From: Dendrobates tinctorius
Lineage: Eukaryota
Reading direction: 5' to 3'
Assembly: GCF_039654945.1 (NCBI RefSeq)
Contig: NW_027361866.1
Location: 3,844,001 to 3,908,000, forward strand
Length of the DNA: 64,000 bases
The notes under the pieces are model-generated. The model made no database searches, was not told the origin of the DNA, and was given only the letters and a program-made list of their open reading frames with translations. The position numbers and the translations under genes are program-made. How positions within the stretch are numbered: the first letter of the stretch is position 1; the number at the start of each line of letters is the position of its first letter. Below, piece after piece: positions 39,761 through 52,309 of this stretch.

Positions 39761-41539
39761 AAAAGTTAAATGTTCATTTTTTTTTTAATATTCAAAAAAT
39801 TCCTGTGACGCACCTAAAGGGTTAATAAACTTCTTGAATGTGGTTTTAAGCACCTTGAGGGGTGCAGTTTTTAGAATGGTGTCACTTTTGGGTATTTTCT
39901 ATCATATAGACCCCTCAAAGTGGCTTCAAATGTGAAGTGGTCCCTAAAAATAAAATGGTGTTGCAAAAATGAGAAATCGCTGGTCAATTTTTAACCCTTA
40001 TAACTTCCTAGCAAAAAAAAATTTTGGTTGCAAAATTGTGCTGATGTAAAGTAAACATGTGGGAAATGTTATGTATTAAGTTTTTTGTGTGCCGTATCGC
40101 TGTGATTTAAGGGCATAAAAATTCAAAGTTGGAAAATTGCGAAATTTTCAAAATTTTCGCCAAATTTCCGTTTTTTTCACAAATAAACGCAAGTTATTTG
40201 AATGCAATTTTACCACTAACATGAAGTACAATATGTCACGAGAAAACAATGTCAGAATCACCAGGATCCATGAAAGCGTTCCAGAGTTATGACCTCATAA
40301 AGGTACAGTGGTCAGAATTGTAAAAATTGGCCCGGTAGTTAACGTGCAAACCACCCTTGGTAGTGAAGGGGTTAAGCAGCTAGAACTTTCCCATCATCTT
40401 CAAATAGATATATTATAATGCTTAAAATGGGAATCATATCATGGTAAAAATATTTTACTGTCCCAGAACATTTTTAGAAATATAATATGCTAGGGTAAAG
40501 TACTTTATACTTGGGAATATCTTGGTGCTTTCAAATAATAGTTGTTCACAACTCTTTTCATCCCTTCCATTCTACTAGAAGCTACTTCTACCTTTAAAAG
40601 GACTTTCCCATCATCGTCTTACAGCAGAGTGGTCTCTCATCACCATTATTGGAAAGCTCTAAATCTCAACTCAAATATCATCATGGTTCAGGAGTGTTGA
40701 CCGAATCAAAAGGATGGAAAAGTAGACAAAGAAATAACTCTTTAGAAGTCACTAGATATAAGTTTACTTGCATGAGTGGCACCAGAACAATTTCAATTCA
40801 AGACACAGAATTTTGTAAGGCCTTACAACAACCTCAGTGTCCACAACTGTTAATAAAGAAAGTTTGCTAGGTACTCATCATGGAGAGTGGCTGAATCTTT
40901 TACTGAAATTTAGATTATTTTAAACAGCCCATATCCTTTACGATGATTGACAAAGTTTTGGTTAAAAAGGTAAAACTTTTTGCAATTTTTCATTTTTGCA
41001 ATTTTGTTCCTTTTCAAAAATGTTTTTCAGTCTCTTTTATCTCTATAGATCCTCATTGATGAGCGACTGTTTGCAACCTGGACGATGCCAAGATGTGATC
41101 ATTCAGGCTGAGAACCACTAGTGAATGAGCTGCTGCAAGCACAGCCTCAATACAAAGGTGACATCAATCCCACAAATATGAACCTGTGTGTGTTATACCT
41201 CCGACCACAGGTGCGCGCTCACGGTGTCTTTTAATAGCATGGGAAAAGCGGATCTCTGACCGGCGGTGATGATTTTACCGCTGATCAGAGGCCGTGTTGC
41301 CGTGCTTTCATGCACAATGACAGCGTGGCAAACACTGGATGTTCGGGCCCCCCATTCAAGTGAATGGGGTCCAGGTTCATGTCCGGGTACTGTTCTGGTA
41401 CCCGATCCCAAACTTTTTGTAACTGTATGGCTGAGCCTGCCGAACCCGAACATCCAGATGTCCATCCATCTCTACCTATTACTTTTGCCTGAGAGAGATT
41501 CCCAACAAATATCTGGATTATTATAATATCCCATGATAT

Positions 41540-41830
41540 CTATTTAGTACTTTTTTGAGAACAAACACATCTGATGTAAAAAGAGTTTATCCATATCTTC
41601 AGTCTGTCCAGGGGTCCTAGTACTATAGTAAACGCATACAATAGTGTCCTTTTTGTTATTTTGTCCTTGTATTCTTACCCAAACAGTTTCTACAGAGCTA
41701 CCATTCTCTGAAGCTTGGATCTCTATGGAGATATACACTTTCCTAACATACAATGAAACTCCTCCACCCCTCTAGTTAAGCCTGTTTCTAGTAAAAAAAA
41801 TTGTAGCCTTCAACAATTTTTTTCTTGACT
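41540..41830 (-). mobile_element. CR1-type endonuclease fragment
   Basis: ETVWVRIQG..IVCVYY..PGQTEDMD..F matches the CR1 APE consensus ESLWVRI..GVYYRPP.Q.EE.D. Confidence 0.7.
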
Positions 41831-42239
41831 TAGCCATATTCCTAAAATGCAATCAAATGTCACAGCAGGGGTGTAACGATCACTGTCGCAGATGTCGTGA
41901 CCTTGACTGATCCTGAGCGGGTGAGGGGCCCACCAATGCCAGAGCAATGTTCAATTGGATTTTCGATCTTGGATGCACATTCAGCTGAAGTGTATTGTGG
42001 CGCAGAGACTCACAGGATCTGTGCACTGTAATACACGCTGCTGGCCAATCAGAGACCAACAGCTGACATTGTTGTGCACGTGACTTGGGGCGCATGGCAT
42101 TGACGTCATGCACTCCCATCGCTTGCATGCTGAAGTCAGCTGCCGGCTTCAGAAGAGGATGCCATACGGCCGGGGAGAGGTCGGAAGAGGAGTATAATCA
42201 TTTTGGGTTTTTTTGCTATGAATTAAAGAACAGCAACAG

Positions 42240-42700
42240 AATGGGGGACATAAACAATATACCAGGATAGGGGATATATACTGTACCAGGATGAGGAACC
42301 TACATACCAGAATGGGGGATTTATATACCAGGATAAAGGACATATATACCAGGATGGTGGATATACATATTTACCAGGATGGGACATATATGTATACCAG
42401 AATGTGGTCCAGGATAAGTGACATATATACTAGGATACGGCCCAGAATAAGGGACAAATATATCAGGATAGGGGATATATATACAAGGAAGGGGAACATA
42501 TGGTATATACCAGGACAGAGGACATATATATACCAGGATGGGGGACATATATACCAGGATGAGTGGACATATATATTAGGATGGGCTCAGGAAGGGGGAC
42601 ATATATAACAGGATGAGGACATATATACTAGGACGGGCCCAGGATGGAGGACATATATGCTAGGGAGAAGTCCAAGATTGGGGACATTATTACATAATGG
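42240..42700. repeat. Degenerate ~22-bp minisatellite (GGACATATATACCAGGATG) within a MITE-like element
   Basis: Direct repeats; they produce the spurious low-complexity ORFs at 42291 and 42321. Confidence 0.85.
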
Positions 42701-43481
42701 GGAGAGGGTGCAACTCATATTTCCTTATAGGATTTAACACTCTACAAGAGCACATACATATGACCAACATGCGGAAAGGGGCCGAGGTCCAAGTTTTGCA
42801 GCACCAGGCCCATCGGGCTCAAGATAAGCACACAGGCAACTGACAAAAAAAAAAGACAATCCAGCCTAGGTATTAGATGTGTTTCTCATGACTTGATAGT
42901 CACTTGCTTAGCAGCATTTTACTAATAATCCTAAATCACAATGGGGATTGGATAATTTGGATAGAAACTGTGTGTAGACAGTCTAGAAATGTAACTTAGA
43001 GCATTTTCATTCACTGACAACATATATGTCCTGTATTACGCAAAAGTTTTAGGCAGCTGTGGGAAAAAAATGCTTGAAAAAAAATGCTTGAAAAAAAAGT
43101 AAGAATGTTTTCAATAATAGAAGCGTTAATAGTTTATTTTGTATTAATTAACAAAATACAATAAAATATCAATATTTGGCTTGACCTCATTTTTTTCACA
43201 AACTTTTGCCCCGTAATGTACCTTAAAACTAGCTAAAAGGTAACAAAAATATATGAAAAAGTTGTCTAACCTTTCATTTTTGCAAAGATTATAAGCTTAA
43301 GCTTTTTTAATCTAATGCTAGAAACCCCTTGAAGCTTTATGTACACTGGATAATCCTTTAATTAACAAATCCTTACTGGATTTACACCCAAGTACATGTG
43401 TATTGTCTCATGTAAGAGACGTGTCCTCATGGTCTGCAGCAAGTAAACTTGTATTAGCAATTCATGTGTCGTGTACCATAC

Positions 43482-43572
43482 CTGTACAGATCTCTGCCTC
43501 CGATGCTAACCAGGTTCGAGAAGACACTAAGGTCCGTCATGTTCTTTGGCCAGGACTGGATATTCAGATACC
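43482..43572 (-). CDS. ERBB4: ERBB4-family exon 11 equivalent (91 nt): [31 protein letters not shown]
   Basis: AG/GTATG boundaries; in frame with the previous exon across a 140-nt intron; LNIQSWP and SVFSNL motifs. Confidence 0.95.
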
Positions 43573-43712
43573 CTAAGAAGATGATGGAAGATTATTACAT
43601 AAGATGGTCATGAAATCTTCGCATATAACAGGAGCAGAGTACACAACAATTCTCAGCAGTACAATAAAGCAAATGTAGCCCTATAATACTTAACTAAAAT
43701 CAGATATCTTAC

Positions 43713-43786
43713 CTGTGATTTCTCGCACAGTACGGAAGATATTCAGCTTCTCCGGATTTAATGGCGCTATATTGTGATAGGCATCC
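43713..43786 (-). CDS. ERBB4: ERBB4-family RTK, internal exon equivalent to exon 10 (74 nt): DAYHNIAPLNPEKLNIFRTVREIT
   Basis: AG acceptor (plus-strand ct 43787-88) and GTAAG donor (ac 43711-12). Translation matches the ERBB4 domain III motif PEKLNxFRTVREITG, and 74 nt matches human exon 10 as I recall it. Confidence 0.95.
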
Positions 43787-44809
43787 CTGGAGAATTATTA
43801 AAAAAAAAAAAAAAAAACGTACAAGGTTATAAATCGTATTAGGTCGCATTCTGCATGCAGGAGTTGTGAAAAGGTGTAATTCATAGCAGCAAACACAAGA
43901 GGGCGCAAACAAGACCCAGTCCTAAAGACCGCGCACCAAACGTTTCACACCTGTTGTTCCAGGTTAAAACGACTGAAAAAAAAAATCATAGATGAGATCT
44001 CATTTTTATTTTTACTTTTTTTCTCCTGAAATGATTCTACTAGCTGAATACTTGAAAATATATCTTCAGATATGGCAGAGCTGACATTATCAATTCATAC
44101 TGTGGGATTTTAACCAGGCTCTAAATATTTATTTATATATTTTTTCACCTATGATAAATGCGCCTCCCCATTCCTAAGATATGACCCCTCTTCCTCATAT
44201 GTAAATATAGTCATTTTAGCCAACTGGGTGTCGTCATCAAGAAAACACACCCATAAAGACTTAAAGACCACGCCCCATTGGCTAAAAAAGACTAGAGGGG
44301 GCCATATCTAGGGAATGGGGAGGCGTAGGAATGAAATAAAAACAATGCCAGATTCTGGAGAACAGCGGAATTTATACTGGGGAAAAATATATACATACAG
44401 AAAGTGACAGGTCATCATTAAACAACAGAAACATTTTTGCATTGTCATATCAGAAGGCTTATCTGCAGTAAAAGCATAAAAAGCAAGTCGTATGTGAGCT
44501 ATTAAACTGAATATTCATTTAGGGCCTCATTATATAGCACATTTAGAAGTCTACTGGACCATGTACTGACTAAATGTTTATATAGGAGTTTTTTTTATAT
44601 AAAAACACACAGAAATATGCTGCATCTGTAGGAACAGGAGAAAGGGCAGTCCAAGATTAGACAAGGCTGCCTTCTTTCTGAAACAGCGCCACATATGTGC
44701 ATAGTTTGTGTCTGGTACTGCAGCTCAGCATCATGGAGTGAGGTAAGGTGCTCAGGTGTGGCACTGATTTGGGGAAAAAAAATAGCCATGTCTTGCTAAA
44801 CCTGGATTC

Positions 44810-45240
44810 TGCTTGGAGGATCAAAATATATAATGTAGGGGCACAGATCCTGATTCCAGCGCTGTGTCACTTATTGTGCTACTTACTGTAGTTTTGAAGA
44901 TATCATTGCTTTATTAGCAGGAGATTATCACTAGCGGACTCGTAAACCCTGCTTCCATGTAGTCCTCCATATTCATGAGCTCAGTATAACCCCTCCCACA
45001 CCACTGATTGTCAAATTTCTGACTATGCACAGTGTACACAGAAAGCTGCCGTTCAGTGGTGTGGGCGGGGTTATACATAGCTTTGCATTCAGAGAACTGC
45101 TAGATCAGATAAATCAGTGATTGAATTAAAAAAAAAAACAAGCAGCCCTATAAGTGACACATCGCTGGAATCTGGGTCTCAGCCCCTACATCATGCTATT
45201 TCTCAGATGGGATAGAAAAACCTGCTGACAGATTCTAATC
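44810..45240. mobile_element. Palindromic T2/Kolobok-like MITE, inverted relative to the copy at 29712-30110
   Basis: Ends ...AAAAACCTGCTGACAGATTC; its GCATTCAGAGAACTGCTAGATC block is the reverse complement of a block in the other copy. Confidence 0.65.
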
Positions 45241-46069
45241 TTTTTCTAATCTAGAACAGGCCCCTAGAAGTAATAAATGTAAGTTATAGATTTCATAGAG
45301 CAGCTGGAGGTCACTAGGGCAGTTCATCCCATCCTGTCCGGTTACGGGTTACATTGTCTATAATGACATTCGGTGCTGTTTTATGATTTTCAGTCCAGCA
45401 CCTATTAGCATCTCCAATCCCCGCCGGTCCGGGTGAACTATTGCCCTGCGAGGATATTTGCTTAGTTCTAAAGCTTCTGATCAGATTTAGTAGTCTGGCG
45501 GCATTTCCCTTCTTATTACTTGAGAGTCACATAGTGACACGTCAGGACCTCACTGCCTTAGTATTCCTCAGTCATGGTGTCCTACAGAACCTCATCATTT
45601 GGTGCTCTACTCCTTCATCTAGGAAGGTAGAGGGAATATATATTTTCTCTCAAGGTTATTTACCAGCGCAGGCGATTGCTCACACACTCATTAACATGAT
45701 TCATTTCAGGAAACAAACCTTTTTTTTTTTAATTTGTTAAATATCTTTCAGCAATTCCTGCAAAATGAAATTCCATCTCAAACAGGGACCCGGCTGGCAA
45801 TGAGTTTACAAATCCCTAAAGTTTGACTTTTTATTTCAGTGCTAGAACTAAATTGTATAATCTTTTGGTGTAAACGCCAGCGGGGAAAAAACGCTTTTCT
45901 CCACCATTATTATGTCCGCACTTCAATCATCTGCAATAGTCCATTTTCACCTGGTTCATTATTTTGCACCATACAGTGTGTTAATAAAAGGGGAACAGTA
46001 TTAGAGATATCCTAATATGAGAGTCTGAATATTTTTCTATCTACTGGCTAACACGGTACAAAGATATAC

Positions 46070-46663
46070 ATTTTTTTTTAAACATTCAAAAAATTCATGT
46101 GAAGCACCTGAAGGGTTAATAAACTTCTTGAATGTGGTTTTGAGTACCTTGAGGGGTGCAGTTTTTAGAATAGTGTCACTTTTGGGTATTTTCTATCATA
46201 TAGACCCCTCAAAGTGGCTTCAAATGTAATGTGGTCCCTAAAAATAAAATGGTGTTGTAAAAATGAGAACTCGCTGGTCAACTTTTAACCCTTATAACTT
46301 CCTAACAAAAAAATTTTTTGGTTCCCAAATTGTGCTGATGTAAAGTAAACATGTGGGAAATGTTATTTATTAAGTTTTTTGAGTGTCATATATCTTTGAT
46401 TAAGAGCATAAAAATTCAAAGTTGGAAAATTGCGAAATTTCCAAAATGTTCACCAAATTTCCATTTTTTTCACAAATAAACGCAAGTTATATGAATGAAA
46501 TTTTGCCACTAACATGAAGTACAATATGTCACGAGAAAACAATGTCAGAATCACCGGGATCCATGGAAGCGTTCCAGAGTTATGACTTCATAAAGGGACA
46601 GTGGTCAGAATTGTAAAAATTGGCCCGGTCATGAACGTGCAAACCACCCTTGGGGTAAAGGGG
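46070..46663. mobile_element. Truncated right end of the same TTAA element family as 35536-40371
   Basis: Closely matches 39780-40371; ends AAAGGGG-TTAA. Confidence 0.9.
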
Positions 46664-49600
46664 TTAAGTTTAATGCTCCTTGAAACAACCAAACCTTATC
46701 CCTAATCTAAAAAACATAACCCACTGAACGTCTTCTATTGGCCTTTCGTTTTTGGCGAATCAGGGCAATGCCAATATTCTTTTGAACCTCCCACCAGACA
46801 TTCCCAAGTCTCCGCACGGCAACCTCCACCCCAGGGCATTCAGAACTAATCCTAGAAAATTCACCAAAATGGGGATGAAAACCATAATTATAGAAGAACG
46901 GTGAGGTTCCGGTAGATTGATTTACTCGACTGTTAAAAGCAAACTCAGCGAGAGATAAAAACGAAGGTCAGTCCTCCTGTCACAAAGCACCTTAAAATTT
47001 GTCCCAATAATTGATTTGTCCTCTTAGTCTGACCATTGGTTTCAGGGTGATAAGCAGATGAAAATGACAAGTCAATAACTAGTTACCTGCAAAAAGCTCT
47101 CCAAAATTTAGAGACAAATTGTACTCCCCTATCAGACACAATGTTCAGTGGGTTCCCATGTAACCTTACAATATGAGAAATAAACAATCGTGAGAGTGTC
47201 TCTGCATTAGGTAATCTTGACAAAGTTACAAAATGAGCTTGTTTGCTGAATCGATCAACTGCCACCCAAATAGCAGTCTTCCCATTTGACAGTGGCAAAT
47301 CTGTAATGAAAATGGAGCCAATTCCCCAGCTGGATAGCCATGAATGACATTGGCACATGCACAGACTTCACAAGCAGATACAAAATCTTTAATATCATTA
47401 TGCATGGATGGCCACCAAAAAAGTATAGCAACAGCTTTCCTTGTGGCAGTAACCCTACAATGACCACTTAAAATGGAATCATGAAATTCCTGTAACACCC
47501 GCAATATTAGGTACACAGGCACAAATAATTTGGACCCTGGGGAAGTGGAATGAGCCAACGACTGGGCTTTACAAATCTGTTCTTCCAGCTCCAAGTTTAC
47601 CATAGACACCACAATACCTTAAGGAATAATAGAGGATGGAGGTTCTGGAGGAGAAATTAAATCTAGACTATGAGATAAAGCATCAGCTTTCACATTCTTA
47701 GACCCTCGCCTGAACGTAATAGAAAAATTAAACTGAGAGAAAAACTAGGACCATCTGGCATGTCTAGGAGTTAACCTTTTAGCCGAGTCAATGTAAACTA
47801 AATTCTTGTGATCCCTGATCACTGTAACTGGATGAACCGCCCCCTCCAAAAAAAACAAAAAATGCCTTCATTCCTCAAAGGCCAATTTGAAAGCAAGTAA
47901 CTCCAGATTCCCAACATCATAATTTCTCTCTTTCGGTGAAATTGTTTTTAGAAAGAAAAGCACATGGACTGCCCCCACTCCGATCGCCGAAGCATCCACC
48001 TCCATGATGAATGGTTCTTGGAGATCAGCTTGGATCAGAATGGGTGTGGACATAAAACACTCTTTTAATCTTTCAAAAGCCTTAATAGCACCCGGCGACC
48101 AAACCTTGAGATTCACCCCCTTACGTGTAAGGTCAGTAAGTGGTTTAGCAATCTGTGAAAAACCCTTGATAAATTTTCTATAATAGTTGGCAAATCCCAG
48201 AATACGCTGCAAAGCCTTAAAATCACCAGGTTGAACCCAATCAATTATGGACTGCACCTTCCCAGGGTCCATCTTAAACTCTTCTGCTGACAAGATAAAC
48301 CCCAAGAAAAAGATTTCCTGCACAGAAAAAACACATTTCTCTAATTTAGTAAATCAGAGAGTTCTCCCTCAATCTATGTAACACAACACGGAGATATTCC
48401 TGGTGAGTGTCCAAGTCTGGTGAGAAAATTACAATGTCATCGAGGTAAATCACTACAAATATTCCAATGCAATCAGAGAAAATATAATTCATAAAGATTT
48501 GAAACACAGCAGGTGCATAAGACAATCCGAAAGGCATGACAAGGTTTTCAAATAGACCCTCAGATGATAAAAACGCCATTTTCCACTAATCACCCTTCCG
48601 GATGCATATCAAATTGTAAGCTCCTCTAAGATCATGTTTAGAAAACACCCTGACCCCCAGAAGCTGATTATATAGGTCAGGGATGAGTGGAAGTGGGTAA
48701 GTAATTTTAACCGTGATCTTATTTAGCTCTTGGAAATCAAGCCAAGGACGGAGACCCCCATCTTTCTTTTTTTTAACAAAAAAAAAATCAAGCAGCTATA
48801 GAGGAAGAGGAAGGATGGATATGACCGAAAACTTTCGTTAGCATATTCTTTCATGGTGGTCTGTTCAGGCCCCAACAAATTGTAAAGGCGAGCTTTTGGC
48901 AATTTGGCGCTAGGAATAAGATCAATAGCACAATGTTAAGGATGAAGGGGAGGTAGTATAGGCACCTCCTTTTCCAAAGAACACATCTCTGAAGTCCTTC
49001 AGGAACCCTGGAACACCCTCCAGAGTAGCGGAGCATAGCTGTACATCTTTTAGACATTTCTTGCAACTAGAGTTGAGTGAAACAGGTCGGTCAATTTAAA
49101 AAAATCGCTGACTTTCGCCAGTCGGGTTTCATGAAACGAAACCCGACCAAAGCGTGAGGTCGGCCATGATGTTGGCGACCCAAGCGCCAAAGTCGCGTTT
49201 CAAATGATGCTTCCAGCGCCTTTTTTCAGCCAATGATGGAGGACGCACACTGTGGGCAACGCGATGACATAGGCAGTGGCCAACACCATCTTAGAGAAGG
49301 GCATTGAAGTGATTGGCTGGCTTTGTGTGGCGTCACAGGGGGTATAAAAGGCTGTGAACGCCGACCGCCATCTTACTTCTGCCGACCTTACAATAGGGAG
49401 AGGTGCTGCTGCTGATTCTGAACAGGGAGAGTGTTAGGCAGGGAAGAAGAAAAAAAAAACTGCTTCTGCTGATAGCGCTTTTCACTGTACAGTTAGTGTG
49501 CAGTGAAAGGGGAGGATTTTTGTTGCGTGCAGCAGCGCTAGTGGTGATTAGGCTGCCTTTTAAGGCTACCTGCTAGCTGCATTGCTGTGTGCACACTGCT

Positions 49601-49679
49601 GTTCAAACTGCTTTTTTCAAAGCACTCCAAATGTTATTATTTTGTCCTGGTGAGTTACTGAGCGTTCATTTTTTCACAC

Positions 49680-50640
49680 ATTGTCTAGCGGTGTACGCTC
49701 CTCACACACTACCGTGTATTCCAGCTGGTATCACGGACAAATAGACGCTATCTGGGTGTGACTCTGGAAGAAAAAAACGAGGAGTTTGTCCGTTTTTCCA
49801 GACCTGCACCTTAGAGTTGTGTCCGTTTTTCAAACAGTTTCGTATATCTGCTGTTTGATTACAGTCAAAACTAGACAGAGACAGCATGTGTCAGTCCGTT
49901 TACAAATACACGGAGCTTGACAATTTTCCATACAGACACGTCTAGCGGTGTACGCTCCTCACACACTACCGTGTATTCCGGCTGGTATCACGGACAAATA
50001 GAAGCTACCTGTGTGTGACTCTGGAAAAAAAAACCGAGGAGTTTTTCCGATTTCCAGACCTACACCTTAGAATCATGTCCGTTTTTCAAACCGTTTCGTA
50101 TATCTGATGTTTGATAACGGTAAAAACTAGACAGAGACAGCGTGTGTCAGTCTGTATACAAATACACGGAGTTTGACAATTTTACATACACACCGTACAG
50201 CGGTGTACGCTCCTCACACACTACCGTGTAACGCCTTCTAGCACAGACAAATAGAAGCTACCTGTGTGTGACTCTGGAAAAAAAACCGAGGAGTTTGTCC
50301 ATTTTTTCACACCTACACCTTAGAGTTGTGTCCGTTTTTCAAACAGTTTCTTATATCTGCTGTTTGATCATGGTCAAAACTAGACAGAGACAGCGTGTGT
50401 CAGTCCGTATACAAATACACGGAGCTTGACAATTTTACATACACACACCGTACAGTGGTGTATGCTCCTCACACACTACCGTGTAACGCCTTTTAGCACG
50501 TACAAATAGAAGCTACCTGTGTGTGACTCTGGAAAAAAAAGAGTTTGTCCGTTTTTCCACACCTACACCTTAGAGTCGTGTCCGTTTTTCAAACAGTTCC
50601 GTATATCTGCTTGTTGGATTACGGTCCAATACATTCTGTG
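49680..50640. repeat. ~255-bp tandem repeat, about 4 copies, inside the hAT element
   Basis: Anchor CTCCTCACACACTACCGTGTA near 49697, 49955, 50210 and 50465. Confidence 0.9.
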
Positions 50641-50666
50641 GGAGCGTCTGTGACTAACATAATATA

Positions 50667-50941
50667 TAATAATAATAATCTTTATTTTTATATAGCGCTA
50701 ACATATTCCGCAGCACTTTACAGTTTGCACACATTTTCATCACTGTCCCGGTGGGGCTCACAATCTATATTCCCTATCAGTATGTCTTTGGAGTGTGGGA
50801 GGAAACCGGAGTGCCCGGAGGAGACCCACGCAAACACGGGGAGAACATACAAACTCCTTGCAGATGTTGTCCTTGGTGGGATTCGAACCCAGGACTCCAG
50901 CGCTGCAAGGCTACAGTGCTAACCACTGAGCCACCGTGCTG
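50667..50941 (-). mobile_element. tRNA-derived V-SINE (same family as 18265-18540, opposite strand)
   Basis: Reverse complement carries the A box, B box GGTTCGAATCC, V-domain and a (TTA)n tail. Confidence 0.9.
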
Positions 50942-51042
50942 TCCATCATGTTGATTTAATTTGTTTAATACACCTTACACAGCTGGACGCTCCTCATACA
51001 GTACCATCTCTCTGCTGGTATTTTGGTTACATTTTCCCAAAC

Positions 51043-52307
51043 ATGAGGAAGTATGGTGGAACAGGCAGCAGACGTGGGCAGGGGGGCACGGCTGACACTG
51101 ATGGTGGTGGTGCATCGGCTGGTTCTGGCAAAAGCGCAATAGCATCTAAGGCAGGAGGTGTTGAGCCTGCGTCATCCTCTGGCCCAAGAAGACCTGTAAG
51201 GTTGCCTTTTCTTGGAGTAGGAAAACCCCTTTTAAAGCTGGAGCATCAGGAACAGGTTTTGGCGTACATTGCCGAAACAGCCACCAGCTCTATTGCCTCC
51301 TCTTCTGAACTGTCGAAATCTGCAAGCACGGAGTCGTCAGTACAGGGTTCTGGTCATAAAAAAACCCTTTCCTTGTGTCCTTCACCCCCACCAAAAGTTA
51401 AGGATGCGGCAGCCCACACTGCAGATTACTCTGTGGAGCTCTTTTCACATACCATGCCTGGGTTATCCAGTCAAATCCTGAATTCCCCAGTCCAAGATGA
51501 ATCATACATGGACTGCACTGATGCACAGCCACTGCTAGATGATTCTGCTGGTACATTGACCCACAGCAATACATTGCCCTCGCAGTCTATTGAGCCAGAA
51601 TCTGACCCTGATGAAACCCAGGTGCCCCTTCCCGCATACTATACCACCTTACATGGTGACACAGAGGAAGGTAAAGAGAAAGGTACAGATGACTTTAAAG
51701 AGGAGGTGATGGATGACCCTTTTCTGGACCCGGATTGGCATCCATTGGGGGAGAAGGGAGGCGCTGGCAATAGTTCAGATAAGGAGAAGGATCCACAGCA
51801 GTCATTGACATCGCAGCAGCGGTTATCTAGCAGGCCCATAGCTGTCCTAAAACGTGGAACAAAAACTAAAAGAGTTGCAGGACAGCTTGACCAGACGGTC
51901 AACTTAGCACAGCGTGCAAGGCCAGAAAATGTTTACCATAGTAAACAGTGCAGTGTGCAGTGTGGCACTTCTTTGTCCAAAATCCTACTGATGAGGCAAA
52001 GGTTATCTGTAAGAAGTGCGGAAGGACCTTTAGCCGAGGTAAACAACTCAGAAATTTGAATACCAGTTGCATGCTTAGACATTTAATCAACATGCGCTTA
52101 CAAGCGTGGACTCACTACAAAACCTCAGGTAGCACATGTGCACCTGCTCCGACTGAAGGTAACCAACAACGCTCCATCGCTACCCCCACTGTAAGACCAC
52201 CGCCACCATTAAGCATATCTCCTTTTCCTCTTCCTCAGACTTGCCCAATTATGCCCTTTACAGCAGCTGAATATCCAGCCAACACATCTACATATGCCAA
52301 TTTTTAA
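51043..52307 (+). pseudogene. hAT transposase N-terminus with BED zinc finger, frameshifted and truncated
   Basis: ORF 51043..52059 (low complexity, acidic) shifts into AVWHFF...VICKKC...NTSCMLRHL (BED finger); no DDE domain follows. Confidence 0.8.
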
Positions 52308-52309
52308 AC

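Larger units (their letters stand above)
35536..40371. mobile_element. 4.8-kb non-autonomous TTAA-specific (piggyBac/Tx1D-like) element with internal tandem arrays
   Basis: TTAA-CCCCTT ... AAGGGG-TTAA; GC-rich palindromic left end; telomere-like array; ~390/372-bp repeats; no transposase ORF. Confidence 0.88.

Noticed and set aside
51043-52059. 338-aa ORF as a novel host gene
   Set aside because: It lies within hAT termini, leads into a frameshifted BED finger, and has a second decayed copy at 54884, so it is a transposase remnant.
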